From Phoronis australis (taxonomy: Eukaryota; Animalia; Phoronida): a stretch of DNA of 64,000 bases. The notes below the pieces were generated by a model, which did not search any database, was not told the DNA's origin, and saw only the letters and a list, made by a program, of their open reading frames with translations. How positions within the stretch are numbered: the stretch's first letter is position 1; each line of letters opens with the position of its first letter. The stretch covers positions 361,366-425,365 of the forward strand of contig NMRA01000317.1 in NCBI GenBank assembly GCA_002633005.1, read 5' to 3'. This document shows, piece by piece, positions 26,201-41,200 of this stretch. Made by a program: the position numbers and the translations under genes.

Positions 26201-29200
26201 ACACAGCAAATGTGGGAAAAGACCACCTACCAAAGACCATCATGTCCAATTTGTGAGATAGGGAGTATGAATTTTTAGTCAAATCCTGCCTTTAACTTGG
26301 AAGATTGACGACAATGATGCATTAGCAGGTGACAGAACAAGGATTTGTTGAAATCATCAAAACATGATTTAGTGTCCTTTTAAGTTTAGTTATCCTAACC
26401 TTGAGAACAACATCGTGTATGAGATCTGTACAGTCAGCTTCTTGAAACAGAGCATCAAACTGTTGACACATCACTGAGTGTGAGACACTGGGTACCTCCA
26501 CCACGCTGAAATGGTTTGGTGACATTACGTTAAGTATATAGAAATATGTAAATCTTGAGCCAGCATGAAAATATAGATCACTAACATTTTCAAGTCTGGT
26601 CTGCACGCCACCTTTTGGCCACATCACGTGACCTAATGAACATAAGTCTGAAAAGATTTTTGCCCCCGCTTAGTCTGATTGGATTTCTGTGTTCAACCAG
26701 TAACCCCAATGGCTCATTGGACTAAAGTGTCAGCACGATTAACACAAGGTCCCACGTTTGAGTCCTGGTAGGGGCAGAATTTTTTCTGACTTGTTTATTA
26801 GGTCAGGTGATGTGGCCAACAGGTGGCGTGCAGACCAGACTTAATTGTGATTACGTTAAGTATTACATAACAAAACTATGCAATTAAGCCGGAAATCTAA
26901 ACATAACATCCAGGTTTTTGGAAGCAGCACCATGTAATATTCAATGACAAGAAGTGAGATGGTGATTTAAAGTACAATACAAAGAAGGGATTTCAGGAAA
27001 CCATTCAAACATCAAAACAGTCAACAGGTGTAGCTGTAGATTACAAATGATCTCTTGGACCTATCCACTAAATTACATTTGGAAAGTCACTGGTTCTTAC
27101 AAATATTGCTCTTAATTTTCAAAATGCAAAACCTGGAAAGATCAGAACCAACACTGTTGACAAACAAAAAGAAGCAACACAGATGAAAAATGATTACGTT
27201 ACACTTCTAACAACAACTCCAAATTGAAGACAAACAATATGGTGGTGACCCATTACCTCCAATAACACATTTTTTAACTCATCTCAGCAAATATCTATAT
27301 CACAACTTTCATGTTTATGTCGTGATAAGGCAGGACTCATCTTACTCAGTATGAGGCTGTGACTGTAGAATGGCATAGTTGAAGCCAGAGCCATCTGTTG
27401 TCACCGACACTGCTCTGTGGACGTAGCTGATGCGCTTGACTGCTATCTCCACGGCATCGTCCTGGTTTATGATATCAGACAAGGTCAAGGTTGGGAAGCT
27501 CGAGCTTGGAGATGAAGCACTGACTGAAATGAACGCGTCGCATCCGTGTAAAATGATACTCGTCACACAACCACAAAAAACAATCCTAGTCACTTGGTTA
27601 AAACACCACAAAAATAACAATAATTTTATGATCGATAGCTTAATGTATAAATCATTTCTCAGGAGATAAGTTCAATTATTGAATATCTGAACCAACCTTT
27701 TGAGGGTGACATAGTTTCTTTCTGTTTCGACGGCAGTTTGTGGAATTTGGCCACAAAGACGTCTCCATCTTTTGTTGAGAATACAAGACCCGACTCGTTC
27801 AGAGCCATGGATGTTGCTGAGAGAGAACGCCGAGTCATCCACGAACAGCGACGAAATGAAGGATAGTCCGCAGACCAAAGGAACATCTGAAAACAAATGG
27901 CTGGAAATTAACACATCACAAGACCAACCATAGCCTCAAATCTGATGACAATAAATGAGACACACCCAATAACAGCAATGCAACAGGAAGGAAGCTTATA
28001 ATAGATACTGTCAACGCTAAATGCTACAAACTTGAGGTTTGAGGAGTTGCATAGCTTATAGATGAACTGCTGACTAACTAAGAATTCTATAAGAATAAGC
28101 TCGTGAAATGTCCAGTGATGTCACTGCTAGTCAACCAACCTTGTGGCCTAATGTGCATGTGTGTCTGTACGTGCCTGTGTGGGTGTATGAGCGTGTGTGC
28201 CTGAATGTGCCTCTTTGTGCATGTGTGTATGGAGGTTTACTTTTTATTTTTTGTGTCCCCTGCTGGACAGTGGCAAACAAACCACAAATATGTTTGTCTC
28301 TCATTTTTGTTTTGGTTTGTAAATTCCAGAAGAGATCTAATCCTTTGTGTGAAAATGTCAGTAGATAACCCCATATTTGCATACAAAAGTCACTACTGAG
28401 AGGGCGGAATGAGCTTCTTAGTTCTGTTGCAAGGCTTCTGAACAAACAGGGCTTGGAATGACCCATGACAAAAAAAGAGGAAAATTTTTACTGCCCCCAA
28501 AACACACTGCAATCTAAACAACCATGCCTCAACATATCGAAAGTAAACATTATTATCACAAGATGCCATGTAACTGTGTCGTGTTGGCAAAACGCACTCA
28601 TCTTAAGCAGTACCTGACATCTATTTCAGCAACAATGATGGCAATTAGATGCAACAAAAGATAGTTTTTTAAAATTAAAATAATAAAGATAATGATGCAT
28701 AATTTGCAGTCTGAGTCACGGAAGGTTATTCTTGATTTGCTGCAAAGAAACCTCTAAAATTATTTTCATTACTTTAAGTTCTTAAAATTACGATACAAAA
28801 TTATAAAAAAAATTTGAAAATCGACCCAGATTATCTGGAAAGCCTGAAATACATATACATTTAATTCCAACAAAAATTTAATTCCAACGCAATGGAAAAA
28901 AGTCAAGACGAAAACTTGCATGTGGCTCATACCCCAACTATTAGCATGGAAAAAATGTAAGTCAAAAACAACATACCTTAAACTATAAAACACATCAATC
29001 ACAATCCTAAGTTGGCCAAACTTTTCAGTTTAAAACAGCACTTACAGGAGATAATTGTTCATGAGCCATGCTGGTGTAGAACAAACTATGTGACATAAGA
29101 AATAACTACAAGGACACCCAAAATAGGCTAGCAGAATTTGTAAACAATGGCTTGGACCAATCAGATCATTCAGAACCTGCCACGTGACCACTTCTCTTTT

Positions 29201-32200
29201 GAACTGCAAAACTTGAGTCGGTCAAAATAAGTCTTTTTAACAAAGATGAAACATGAAAAATGTCAAAATAAATTGGAATACATCAACGGCAACTTAAAAC
29301 ACATTTGCAGTAACGAAAATAGCGCTTTGTATCCCATTTCGGCGGCACGTGGAAAATCGGCGGACTCGGGCCTAGCAGCCAACTTGGCAACTGCCGGCAC
29401 GGGCTTGCACGTGGGATCAAACAAAAGAATTTCATACATCACTCACATCCCACGATTCCATTCCAACGAATTACCGGTTACGGTTGAATTTCCTTTCAAA
29501 AAGCATTTTTCTTTCTTGTGTTGCATCGTTTTCAGGTCTCCACGATTCAGCCACGCACGCCGTAACTGTCCCTCTGACAACATTTACAGAGTGCAAACCC
29601 TGACCTTTGTTGTTTGCGAACACATTGACCGTTTCTTTTATCCACTTTTTCCACAAAATATTCTGTCTACTCCAAGCTCCACGCATTTTTAGCCGCAGAG
29701 TCGCACTATTTGTCACCACGATTAATACCATATGCAGATGCCATTGATGAACCACGCAATCCCAGGTGCCCCGGGCAATTACAATTTTCATTCCTCCAAA
29801 ACATAAAGAGCAGTTTCCGCTTTTCGAGTCATAGGCAACGCCGCTGTTAGAAACCAATTCACTGCGGAAATTTTATGGCAAATCCAATTTTTTCCGCAGA
29901 AATATAACAAAAATGCACGGAGGGAATAAAAGAAAAAAGCGGAAATTTGCGTTTCCACAGAAAATTCCAAGCCTTAGAACAAAGGCAGAAAAGTACAGGA
30001 ATATAACTTAAACAGTGAACTAGGCAGATCAATGGAATCGTGTAATGACCAAGTGAGTAACTCACAGTCCCAGTAGTGTTGAGTATGGCCACCAGTAGGG
30101 GGTGATCACTCCTGGAGGGGTGATCAACTTTACCACCATAAACAGCGACCTGTGACACATCCAGCCACCTATAGGACAAATCATACATTATGCAACAATA
30201 TCAGGTAGTAGATAAATCGTAATAACACTGCATAGACACATTCAAGGCAAATAGTATTTCAGGTGTCTTGGCATGTGTTTTCAGGAAAAATACTTCAAAA
30301 ATCAGTTTTAGAGCCCCTGGAGTAATCTAGCTAACAAATCACTGATGTCTGAGCCACAAAGAATTATAAAATATCAGCATTCTTTGCACATTCAAAACAT
30401 CACCTGAAAGAGAAAAAAATTTCTACAAACAAATATCCATGTGAAATTTCAAAGTTGCTTAAAATAATTGAACTTGTATCAAAAAGGTGTTCAATTTTAC
30501 AGCTCTCAAATAAGTGAAAAGTGCAAGAACAAGGCCACATTTTACTTTTTGAAAAAAAGAGTAATTGAAAATAAAAAATAATGTATTTTTAAGATAGTTC
30601 AACAACTAAAGAAATTAAAAGTTGGAAATCAAATTTTGAGACACATCATGTTCTTCCATTTCTCAAATTATTTTCTCCAAAGTTGTCAAACATTGGCACT
30701 AAACATCTGACAGCAGATATCGCATAACATAAGACACTCTTTCAAACTTTTAACTAGTGCCTATGATTTACATTGTCATACCAGCCCAATAAGAATGTCA
30801 TATATGGTAAAATCTCACTAATTTCAGACAAAATTAATTGCCAAAATGATCATTTTTTCAGTTTTCAATGACAATTTTTAAAACTTTGTTTTGTGATAGC
30901 TGAGGTACAAAACGTCAACAGGGAAAAGCCACGCATTCGGACCTGCTTATGTTGCACGAGAAAAGAGAAAATAAAATTTTGAGGTGCTCATTACTTTAAG
31001 TGCCAAAAGCAACATGGTTGGAAACAGACAGGTTACATGACAGGACAATAGATGGAGACACTAGTAAGCTTGATTTCAGAACTTGTTTTCAGTCATGTTG
31101 TGTGTACTAAACTGGAGAGACTAGCATACTCACTTTGAGGATATCTTTCTACACAGGAACTCATGAAGAACGTAGACGTCTCCCTTAGCAGTGATGCACA
31201 CAGTGGCCTCACTTGAACACGCAACATGCCTCACAATCATGTCTTTGTGATTGAACGCAGAGACAAGTCGTGGCTGACTCTGGATAGGGTCTCCCTTAGG
31301 ATGTCCTGCAAATTACGGCTCAACATCACTACGTGATCACACTGGTAAGTTGGACATGAGGCATACTTAGAGAGGTGAATTCCAAGAATTGTACAAAGCG
31401 TAACTGGTTGAAATTTCAGCAAATACGGTACAAAAAGTCTCTGACAGTACAAATTGTGCATCACACTCCGCGCTATAATATTGATCTCAACTCTTTATTC
31501 AGAGTTGAAGTGATTTCTGGACTTACGAAGATCTGAAATGTTGCTGAAGATGAACTCAACAAGTTGGAAATGTTGTGCTCATTGCTTTATGTGCAAAAAG
31601 CAACACGGTTGGAAATAGACAGGTTACATGACAGGACAATAGATGGAGACACTAGTGAGATTGATTTCACAACTTCAGAATAATTGACATGTTGTTGCTG
31701 AAGATGAACTCAACAAGTTGGAACTGATGTGCTCGTCACCATGTTCCAAAAGCAACATGGCTAGAAGTAGATTGGTTCTCTGACTGAACACTAGACGGAG
31801 ACACTAGATGGTATACTGGGACTACTTTGCATTCAACTATTGTATACATACCAGTTACAAAACAGAACATTTGAATTGGAAATTCTAAAATAAGGTAGTG
31901 AGTGTTAAGCCGAGCATGGGTTCTAAAAACAATGGAGAGTTGGGTATTTTTCCATTAGGAAGAGGCAACGTTCCATAGAAAATCACTGACTGTTATCAAA
32001 TGGTGTAATCATTATTCATTAATTTTCAGGTTAAGATTTGCTCACAGCAAAGTTACATAATGGTGGTTATGTAACCTTCAACTGAACATGCTTCGTGTTA
32101 ATTAAATCTCAGAATTCTGTAAGTTCATTAATACCTCTCATGAACATATTCAATTAGGAACTTCAAGACTTTGACAACAAAATCCATAAATGCATAGTTC

Positions 32201-35200
32201 CAACATGACAGTAACGCTAATAATTCCAACCAGAATGTGGAAACAGGTAAACACATAGTCAGTCAACTTGTCCCACAAACACCGGTTCCAAACGCAAGCC
32301 ATGTTCAACTGGTTCTACAATGAACTCGTGCTCGTGCACTATAGGTCAACGGTAAACAGAGAACAAATCAGGAAAGTGTCCGTCGCTGATATTTAGCATA
32401 CAGTAGTCTTGATACACAAGTACGAAGTGACAACACTTCACAAATATTTTCCTTTAAGACGGTATCAAATTTGAAATAACAATTTAACATGTGGAATATA
32501 TGTCTGTGACAGTACATGCGCCTTAATGGACACGTGCCCTCGTCCACAACACAAGACATTTTCTTATTCCTAACAAAAGCCCACCTGTGAACACTAATGA
32601 ATCTTTCAAATGCAATCAAATCACGTGGGGGTACTTTGCTGCATTGTTTTTCATTTGTGTTATGTAAAAGGATCACAAGGCTACAATTATGTCCAACAAT
32701 CACTGGTGTCAATCAGACAACCACGATGGAAGCCTGATATGTCAATGGACTGACATAATTGATGAATTGGCTCAAAAGTTTGATGTACCACTGCATGTGA
32801 CAGTTTGCTTAACCGGGAGTAATTTTGATAACGCGGCTCCATGTGGTAACAATTTCGATGAAATTTTATCATAAACATTTAGTAGAGAATACGTTCCTGT
32901 GTTACCACTTCGGCTGTGGAACTTTAAAACCACAGGGTGGGCGATATGCCAAACACGGGTGACTAAAATTTTTTTTTGAGAAGTTACGGGATGCAAGCAT
33001 TACACGTATATAATGAACTGGCCACATGCTTTCACCATTTTCTGCACATGAGTATGTATGCTCAATGAGATTAATTATATAGCTCATAGAGTAGCATAAT
33101 ATACATTTCACGTCTCCTTTAAAAAAAGAGCTGGAGAGTACGCATACCTTCCAATCCAAATAGGGCAAGATTCCACTGAAACTTACCAATTACAAAATAA
33201 GCCATTTTTGGGAGGTAAATTTTTAATGAGAGCAGCGTTCACAAAGAAAAAATTGTGGGTGAGCAGCGAAAATTTGAAAGCTATGGAAGTTGGCAGACGG
33301 ACAAGCATGGGAGATAACTCAGATGAAAATGGTTAACATGGTTGCAAAGGACTTCTGCCATATTTGCTTTGCATTGTGGGATGGTCACAACATTAACTGC
33401 GATGTGTTTGTTGTAACAATTCATTGTACTAGCGCTCGAGGAAGTTGAAATTAGAGGTTCAATGTTGAGAGAATGAATCAAAACAGTTCACTTGTGAAAG
33501 TGCATAGGTTAACCACTCACCTAACTGTCCTCCATTTAGGCCAAATGTGTATACAACACCTTTAACTAGTAGCACAGTGTGGAAATGACCAACACACACC
33601 CCCTCTATTGGCAAACCTTTCAGTTGTTTGGAATTCATCTGCAAGCAAGACCATCTAACTACAAATCAATACCTTTAAAAATGCCCTCATCCCCAAGGGT
33701 TACAGCTGTCAGTGCAATTCAATATAACATAGCTCCTTAAAATAATATTATTTCAAGGACTGAAGTCACAGTTAAGCTGTTTAAAATGAAATGAAGTTGA
33801 ACTAACAAAACAATTTAAGGTTATACAATATTTTTATCAAATAGTCTGACATGTATTTAGACAAATATCTACACAACTATAGATTTTAAGTTAGTCAGTA
33901 AATGTATCGATTTTCTGAACAAAGAAAGCATGTAAAATTTGAGGTCGACTTATTTGTCATTAGTTGGGTCACGTAACCATGAAATTCAGCGAAATTTAGA
34001 GTACAAGAAAGGTAAATTCACAGCAAAACGATGGAATCAATAACGTGATCAAATATCATTTGACAGAAATGTTCAAGATATGTCAAAACTAGTTTAAATA
34101 TTTTTAAATTAACATTTCGTATCATGAAACTTTTGTTTTTTCATAAAAGTTATAAAAGTTCTCTTTTTTGATAGTTCTTCATGCACAAGTGGAATAGATT
34201 AAAAACAATTTCTAAAAGATTTTTGGACCACAATGCATAAAGCAGTTTCATATGATTGCAATAAGCCAATTCTGAGATACGATATTCCAAAGTTTGCCCC
34301 AAGTTACAATATTTTTCCAGGATCCCACACAACCTTAAGTTAGTCTGTGCATTTTGCCAAATAACTGTAAAACTAATTTCGCGCTGCAAAAATAAATATT
34401 CCTGGGATTAGAAAGTCAGCAGAATTTTTTTATTCCAACCTCTCATTAATATTGGGCCACATGTCTTCAGTAAAATTAAGAATAAAAGAGAAAATTCATG
34501 GATAAACAACGATGTCTACAACAACAACAAAATTGATTTTGATTCGATACAAGAGTTTAAGATGAAATTTCAGAAACGTTGTTATACTTTTCTAAAGTGC
34601 TCTTTTATTTTTCTTTATGCAATCTTTGTTTTTTATAAAAGTCCTGAGGCTCCAAATTTTGACAGCTTCTCAAGCAAAAACGACCAGGAACAAAATAATC
34701 CATAACAGAGTTTTGGAGAACAGTGCTTAAAGTAGAGTATTTGAAAGCTGCGTTTGAATTCGATCAGCCATTCCCGAGACATGACGTTTCGAATTGAACC
34801 AAATTTCTACATTTCGTACTAGGTTTACAAATACCAATAACACAGCTTCAATTTTAACTGTGTTTACAGTTGTGTTATTGACCCATCATGTGTCACACCT
34901 GCATGTTTCACGTGTTACCTTGACCTTAAGACCATGCTGGTTCTGGTACTTTTGAGAATGAGGTGTGTACCTCGAGACATGTCAGGAAAATGAAGTTGTG
35001 TACTATTTGGCAATTTATTAAAGGTTTCAATTTTATTGGTGAGTTACGAGGTAGGCTCACAACTTATCATATCATATAAACACTCCACCATTATTCAAAG
35101 ATGGACTAATGAAAATGACGGACCCATAAATTATTGCAACAAACATGTCATTTAAGTTGTTATAAAATGAATTAAATTTCAATTGGCAAAATACAGTACA

Positions 35201-38200
35201 AGCCACAAAAACGATCGGACAAAATGACTCGGAAATTCCCATCACAATGGCCGAATACGAGCGCAATACGTCGTCAGAGTTGCTACCACATAGAAAGGCC
35301 TGCCATGACAGTTCATTACTTGTAATAATGGGGAAATGACATTTATCTCATTACTTCAAGCTTGAATTGTAAACGAAAACATTTTAACTGCAATGTTGGT
35401 CTGCTAAGACACACCTACTCACAAGCCATATGAGCTCTATTCACGCCTAGCGCTATAAAACCGTATACGGTGCCTAATTCCTCCTTACATTAAAATTCAC
35501 TTAAAAATGGACTTTTTGCAAAAGGGTAGCAGTCCATCTCCAAGGTGAACCTTATTGAAAATGACTCGATCATAACTCTAACCTAGCTTGAGTACATCAC
35601 ATTCAAAATCTCGAATCGGATGTTTCTGATCATGCACCAGGCTGTGTAGCAGTTGGCCGAGAGTTCCCAAGGGTAAAAAGCAACTTAGAGGCTGAGCAGT
35701 GGTATGTGAACCACAAACAGAGATGTAGGGGGTGTTAATTTTTTTTGAAAAAAACTTTCAAGCACCTATAGTGAACAACACTGGGTGAATTTAAAACTGA
35801 GTCCATGGGATGCTATGCAAGTCATCCAAAAGTTGGCTAATGCAATCCTGATAGATGCTGAGATCGCCACAAAGAAAGCTAAAACAACATTGCAACAGTT
35901 GCATCCATTTAATAATTAGTGCCAGTCACGATCACCTTAATAGAAACTTATTTCCCACAATGCTTCTTCAAGGAGTGGATACCAAGAAGTGAACACCAAT
36001 CTAATTAACTAGCCACTAGGGCGCACTGCACACGTCAGAACTACCCAAAAATGGACAATTTCTGTACTCTCCTAGATAAAACCCATCTGCCAAATTCCAC
36101 AAAAATCCCTCAAAAATACAAAAAATAAAACTGCCACAAGCAGCATTCAAAATTGTCCAAAAATCAAAGTTGGCTCCGTTTCTTTCTCCGTTTCTAGAAA
36201 AACATTGTCTTGTCTTGTCTTGTAATTGACAAAGGTTGATGCCATCACGCCAGTGGGGAAGCGCTAAATAGGTTCCAATACGCATGAAGGCTGCAGCTTA
36301 ACATTTACATGAATCAGTTGTTGTGGCGTTGTTTGTCTGGAAGAAGTGACCAGCCTCTTATTGACTGCGGAACAAAGAATACTGAAAACATCTGTTCTGG
36401 CATGAATGTGTTGAACAGAATTTTGGTTGCTCCTGTGAGCTGTCTGATTAGTAGTTTCAATGTCTGATGATGATATTGCTGGAGTGTTGAATTATAGAGA
36501 AGGTAGTGAGACAACAATCTTTGAGCCTGTTAGCCAAGAGTTTCCCAGCTTAGGGAACACTGCATCAGCCAAACTTCGCAACGATTCCTCAAATCATTTG
36601 TATATGAAACAGCCAAAACAGACACCAAAACATTAAAAATTCAACTACAGGGAAAAGCATATACTGAAGCGGAGCAAAAAACGGCAGAGAAAAGAAACAT
36701 GCTTGTCCAATTTCTTTAGTTCTTGGAAGTATCTTGGTAGTTACAGGGTCAGACGTGAAATGACAAAACTCCCACAAGGGGGCACAGCAGTAGTCGAATC
36801 TGTCTCAAAGTTAATGGAAACCATGCTGGTTTTCAAGCAAGCTCAAATCCATGAGCACGCCATTTTCAACAGGACTTTGTCATCTCAAATACACACATGC
36901 TAACCAACACAATGAGCCTAATGTTAATGTATTAAGCAGTATTTCATATACTCATTACATTGATTGTCTTGGATTTGAAAGGTTTGAGATAATTACATGA
37001 GGTAAAGGATAATGGTATTCGTAATGAGTGAATGTCATTCATATTCTCTCATTAGTGTCTAGCTGATTAAGATTATGTTTCGAGTGTGACACTACATAAC
37101 ATAGTTATATCATGAGTGTTAAATCATTTAGAGACCTATATGTTAGCCCAGAAGATTCTAACTTTCAAATAGAATCAGTTTTTTTTTCATTCTCTGTGAA
37201 AATAAGTTTCTTTTTCATTCAAGATATTGCAGCAATATTCAGAAAATAACAAAATTCCCAAAAGAATTATTTGACATGGATTTTGAAGAGTAAAAGTATA
37301 CAAATCATGACAAATGTGTCAAGAAACCAGGAAACATTAGCAACCTAGATAGATACAGTAAATGAGTAAGGAGGGTGAAATTCAGCACCAAACAAAAAAC
37401 TTATGACTGTTGCAACCCTGTTAGCAATTTAAAAAATAACAAAATTATAATAGCGTAAAAGTGTTAACTACCTGCTTAGGTATAAGAGCTTTGTCGGGTG
37501 GTGGAAAGAGGCCAAGCTGATGATGTTGATTGAGCCCGCAGCTGAATACCTGACCACTGTAACACAGGTAAGCACATCGTATATTTTAATGAAAAAGGGT
37601 ATAAGCACAATGCGCTTTGAGGCACACAAACTATGACAATTAGATACAACTAAAAATTGCAATAAGAGCAATGTAGACTGTTGGTACCCAACCACCGTGT
37701 ACATCGCATACAGTACTGATACAAGGGATGACCATTACAGTACACATTCCCAGCAAAGTGAGCAAAGCTAGTGAACATAAACTGGGCTCTAGGAGGTCAA
37801 AGCAAGTCAACAATGCTCTTCACAATAAGAATACACCTGCCACTTTTGGTCAGGACTCTTCAACCCATTTGGATAATAGGGAACAGGCGACGCACAGTAA
37901 TAAAAGGTCACTAGGGGGTGCAGTGTCAGTCAAATCCATCTGAAGCGAGGCAAGTGCTGTTGTCTGTAACTGATCTACCAGTTTCACTGTCATCCATCAA
38001 GGAACTTGTTTGCTATCAAGTCAAACACACAGAAAACACACAGACTCCACTTTTGTCTTATTTGTTCCAAAATCCACCTTGGTTATACAGTCTTCTACAG
38101 AAAAACAGACTTCATGAAGATCCGTCAGGGAACTTAGTAAATTATTGACCACAGGGAATAAAAATAAAGTTATCACAGCATTCAGACACGACCAAAAATC

Positions 38201-41200
38201 ATGGCCAACCATGATATTCCTAGTGGGAACAAATACGTCAGTTTTAGAGTGATTTGGCCAATAGAGCAGCGGATGTTAAAAATCAGACTCGGAAACAATA
38301 AAAATGACCACTAGGAGGTGTACAATATGTCAAGTCCACTCTTAAATGGGAAGGTGTGTATGCAGATTTCTACGAACTTTCATAAACATATGCAGATATA
38401 TAAATGTGGGTGGATAAAAAGTTTGGTGTATCATTTTCACGTGGTTACTTGTCACTGCCAGTTATTTTCAGTTGCCAAAGTAGTATGGCCATCGGGGGGA
38501 ATTTTGTGTTATTTATTGTAACCAATTTCAGTTCAAGGTGTGAGAATGCCAAAGCGTTGCCCGGGAACAACAAACATATCTCGAAAGAAAGATGACGTTT
38601 TCGACATCAGAACATGATGGATTGACAAAGGCTCTTATATCAGCCCAGGCGACAAGATATTTCAAATACTGTACAGGTTTCAAAATGTGTCAGCGCACAG
38701 ACCAGAGCCCGCTCACAACTGTCGTGCAACTGCTACCAGATTTCGTCTCCACTGAATCATAATTTTGTCTCACAGGTCGTCAATATATCACAAAGACGGA
38801 GATACATGCAGATTTTTAACACGTTCAAATTCGTCCTATTATTGTTAAAACAATTCAGAACAAAAACATATTCTGGCAATGCCGTTTAATGACATCAGAA
38901 TTAATAGACAGACTATCTCAGTACATAATAACCACCTCTAATCACTGTGAGTTTCTACTGAGACATTCGACCGTACACCCTCAAATTCCTTCAGAGATCT
39001 TGTCAGGAATGGACAACTGCCAGACATGATGCAACTTACCTTTCAGTTAGGAAGACCGAGTGATCCCTCCCGGCACAAACATCTCTAATCACTTCATGTT
39101 GTAAACAAGTTATTAATCGGGGGCTCTGCAACAATATAAATTGAACTATGACGTCTAAGCGAGTTTTCTGTCACCAGTTCTGAAAATGACTGCTACCAAC
39201 AATAATTACATGCGTTATTATATTTGAAACCTAACGGTTGTAGATTTATGTCTCGAGGTAACTCATGGGTACCAACATGAGCTCTTTACAAGGTGGAGGC
39301 AGTAACCATGAACTGAAAAGAAACTCCTATGATTGACCAGAGTCCAACGCCTGGTCTGAACCGTGATTTAAACTCACAGTGGTGTTCATTCTTTCAAACT
39401 AAATCGGTTTGTTCAATCTTTAACTTACAGTGTTCAATTTATTTGAAAATATTAAACCATTCCTACCTCACAAAAGGAACATGCTCAGTAGAGCCAAATG
39501 AAAGCTATAACTAAAGTTGGTAATAATCTCTGATCGAAAACTAATAGATAAATCTTGTTGGCACGCTCGATACTAGAACGTCCAATTAAAATGGCATCAC
39601 GTGGCGTTTGTGGGCATGCCAGTGGTCCTGTGTTCCTTTTGTGACATCATATGTGGGTATGAATAAATTAATTAGTAACCACAGTTCAAAAAAGTTCCAT
39701 CAAAAGCATGCTGGTCAGAAGTTTAACAACAAGAACTTAAACACACATATGCAAGAGAAAAAGCTAGTAAATTGTCATGAGGGAACACGCCGAAATTTGC
39801 TCGACTGAACCAATATTACAGTAAACAACAAAAATAATCAAACAAAATACCATTCCCCCATCATGACAGTGGCAAAATTCTAACTACAAAATAACTTAGA
39901 TAGCTTACAAACTTTACTGATAGTTCCCGTAGATTCACAGTCATGAGGAAAAACTACCCTAACGATGAATTCGGCTTCCGCCTAGCCGTCATGACTGGGA
40001 ATTCCGGGTCATGTTATCTGAATACTTTTGTCTTGAACTGTACCTACTTTGTAATTTAATATTCTCAAAATGACTGTTAGAGATAGTAATCGAAGTTGTT
40101 TAGGGCATGTGCTTATTCAATCACAAATGTACCATAATAAAGGCAAACATTTGAAATGTCAAGAGAATTTTTCAATAACATTACCAAACCATTACGTTTA
40201 AATAATAAATAACGTCGACATGTTCATCAACCATCACAGCACCTTACCAGACTGGTGTCTTCGTCAGCCAGTCCCAGACGGCCACCCCTGCCATGCCCGC
40301 ATGAGTACACTTGACCTGAGCTGGTCAAGTAAAGGCTATGATACTTTTGGAGTACAACCTGAAATATAATGGAAGTATTTCACAAGAGAAGGTACTAAAA
40401 TTTCCCCTTTTAACTTTTCAAAACATTTAATCCCAAAGTTAACGTTTATTTTTTTAATATTTATTTTGTCGTTGTACAAAAGACCTCCAACCTAAATACA
40501 CTATTACACAATGAACTACAAAATCTTAAGTATCAAAATCTCATCTGTTACCAGCTACTAATAACTAAATTTAAATTTCACAATTCCTGCTTACAGTTTT
40601 GAAAGAGGTGTTCAATACACCACTTAAAAAGCAGATGACAAATCTGTCTTTTATACAAAAACATTTCAGCCCTCTATGTAGGCCTAATATTTTATACCAC
40701 TGAATAGCAGAAAATTTACAACAACCAAGGTTTGGAAATTTAAGCAACCTTCAGCCTGTACATGTTCTGGGACTTCAAAACCACTGTATCATGATGAAAA
40801 TACTAAAGATTATAAAAATGAGTAATGTCGCATATTACAGTAGCTGACCTTTTTCAAACTTATTCGCTGTTTTCTGAAGTATTCCAGAACTTCCGGATTG
40901 GTCTTTTTCAACTCTGACCCGTGTCCGAGAGTAAAATTGGAGTTATCTCCCCACGTGTACACATCATTGAGACCTGGAAATACCACTCCTGGTTATGAGA
41001 AAACTCCGTGCAGTGACCACATCAGAAACTCAATTCACATAAGTGGAGCAAACAAAGTATGGGTTTGTTACGAAACCTGTTCAAAGGCACGAGTCCTTCT
41101 TTGGGTAAGAGTATCACATATCTACCTGACGCCATGCTATTGTATTGATGCGCATGAAGCACTGGTGTCTAACGAGAGAAACATGGCAATTTCAAGTTCC

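Noticed and set aside
26705-26776. tRNA gene
   Set aside because: Degenerate B box, no cloverleaf, embedded in an inverted-repeat element
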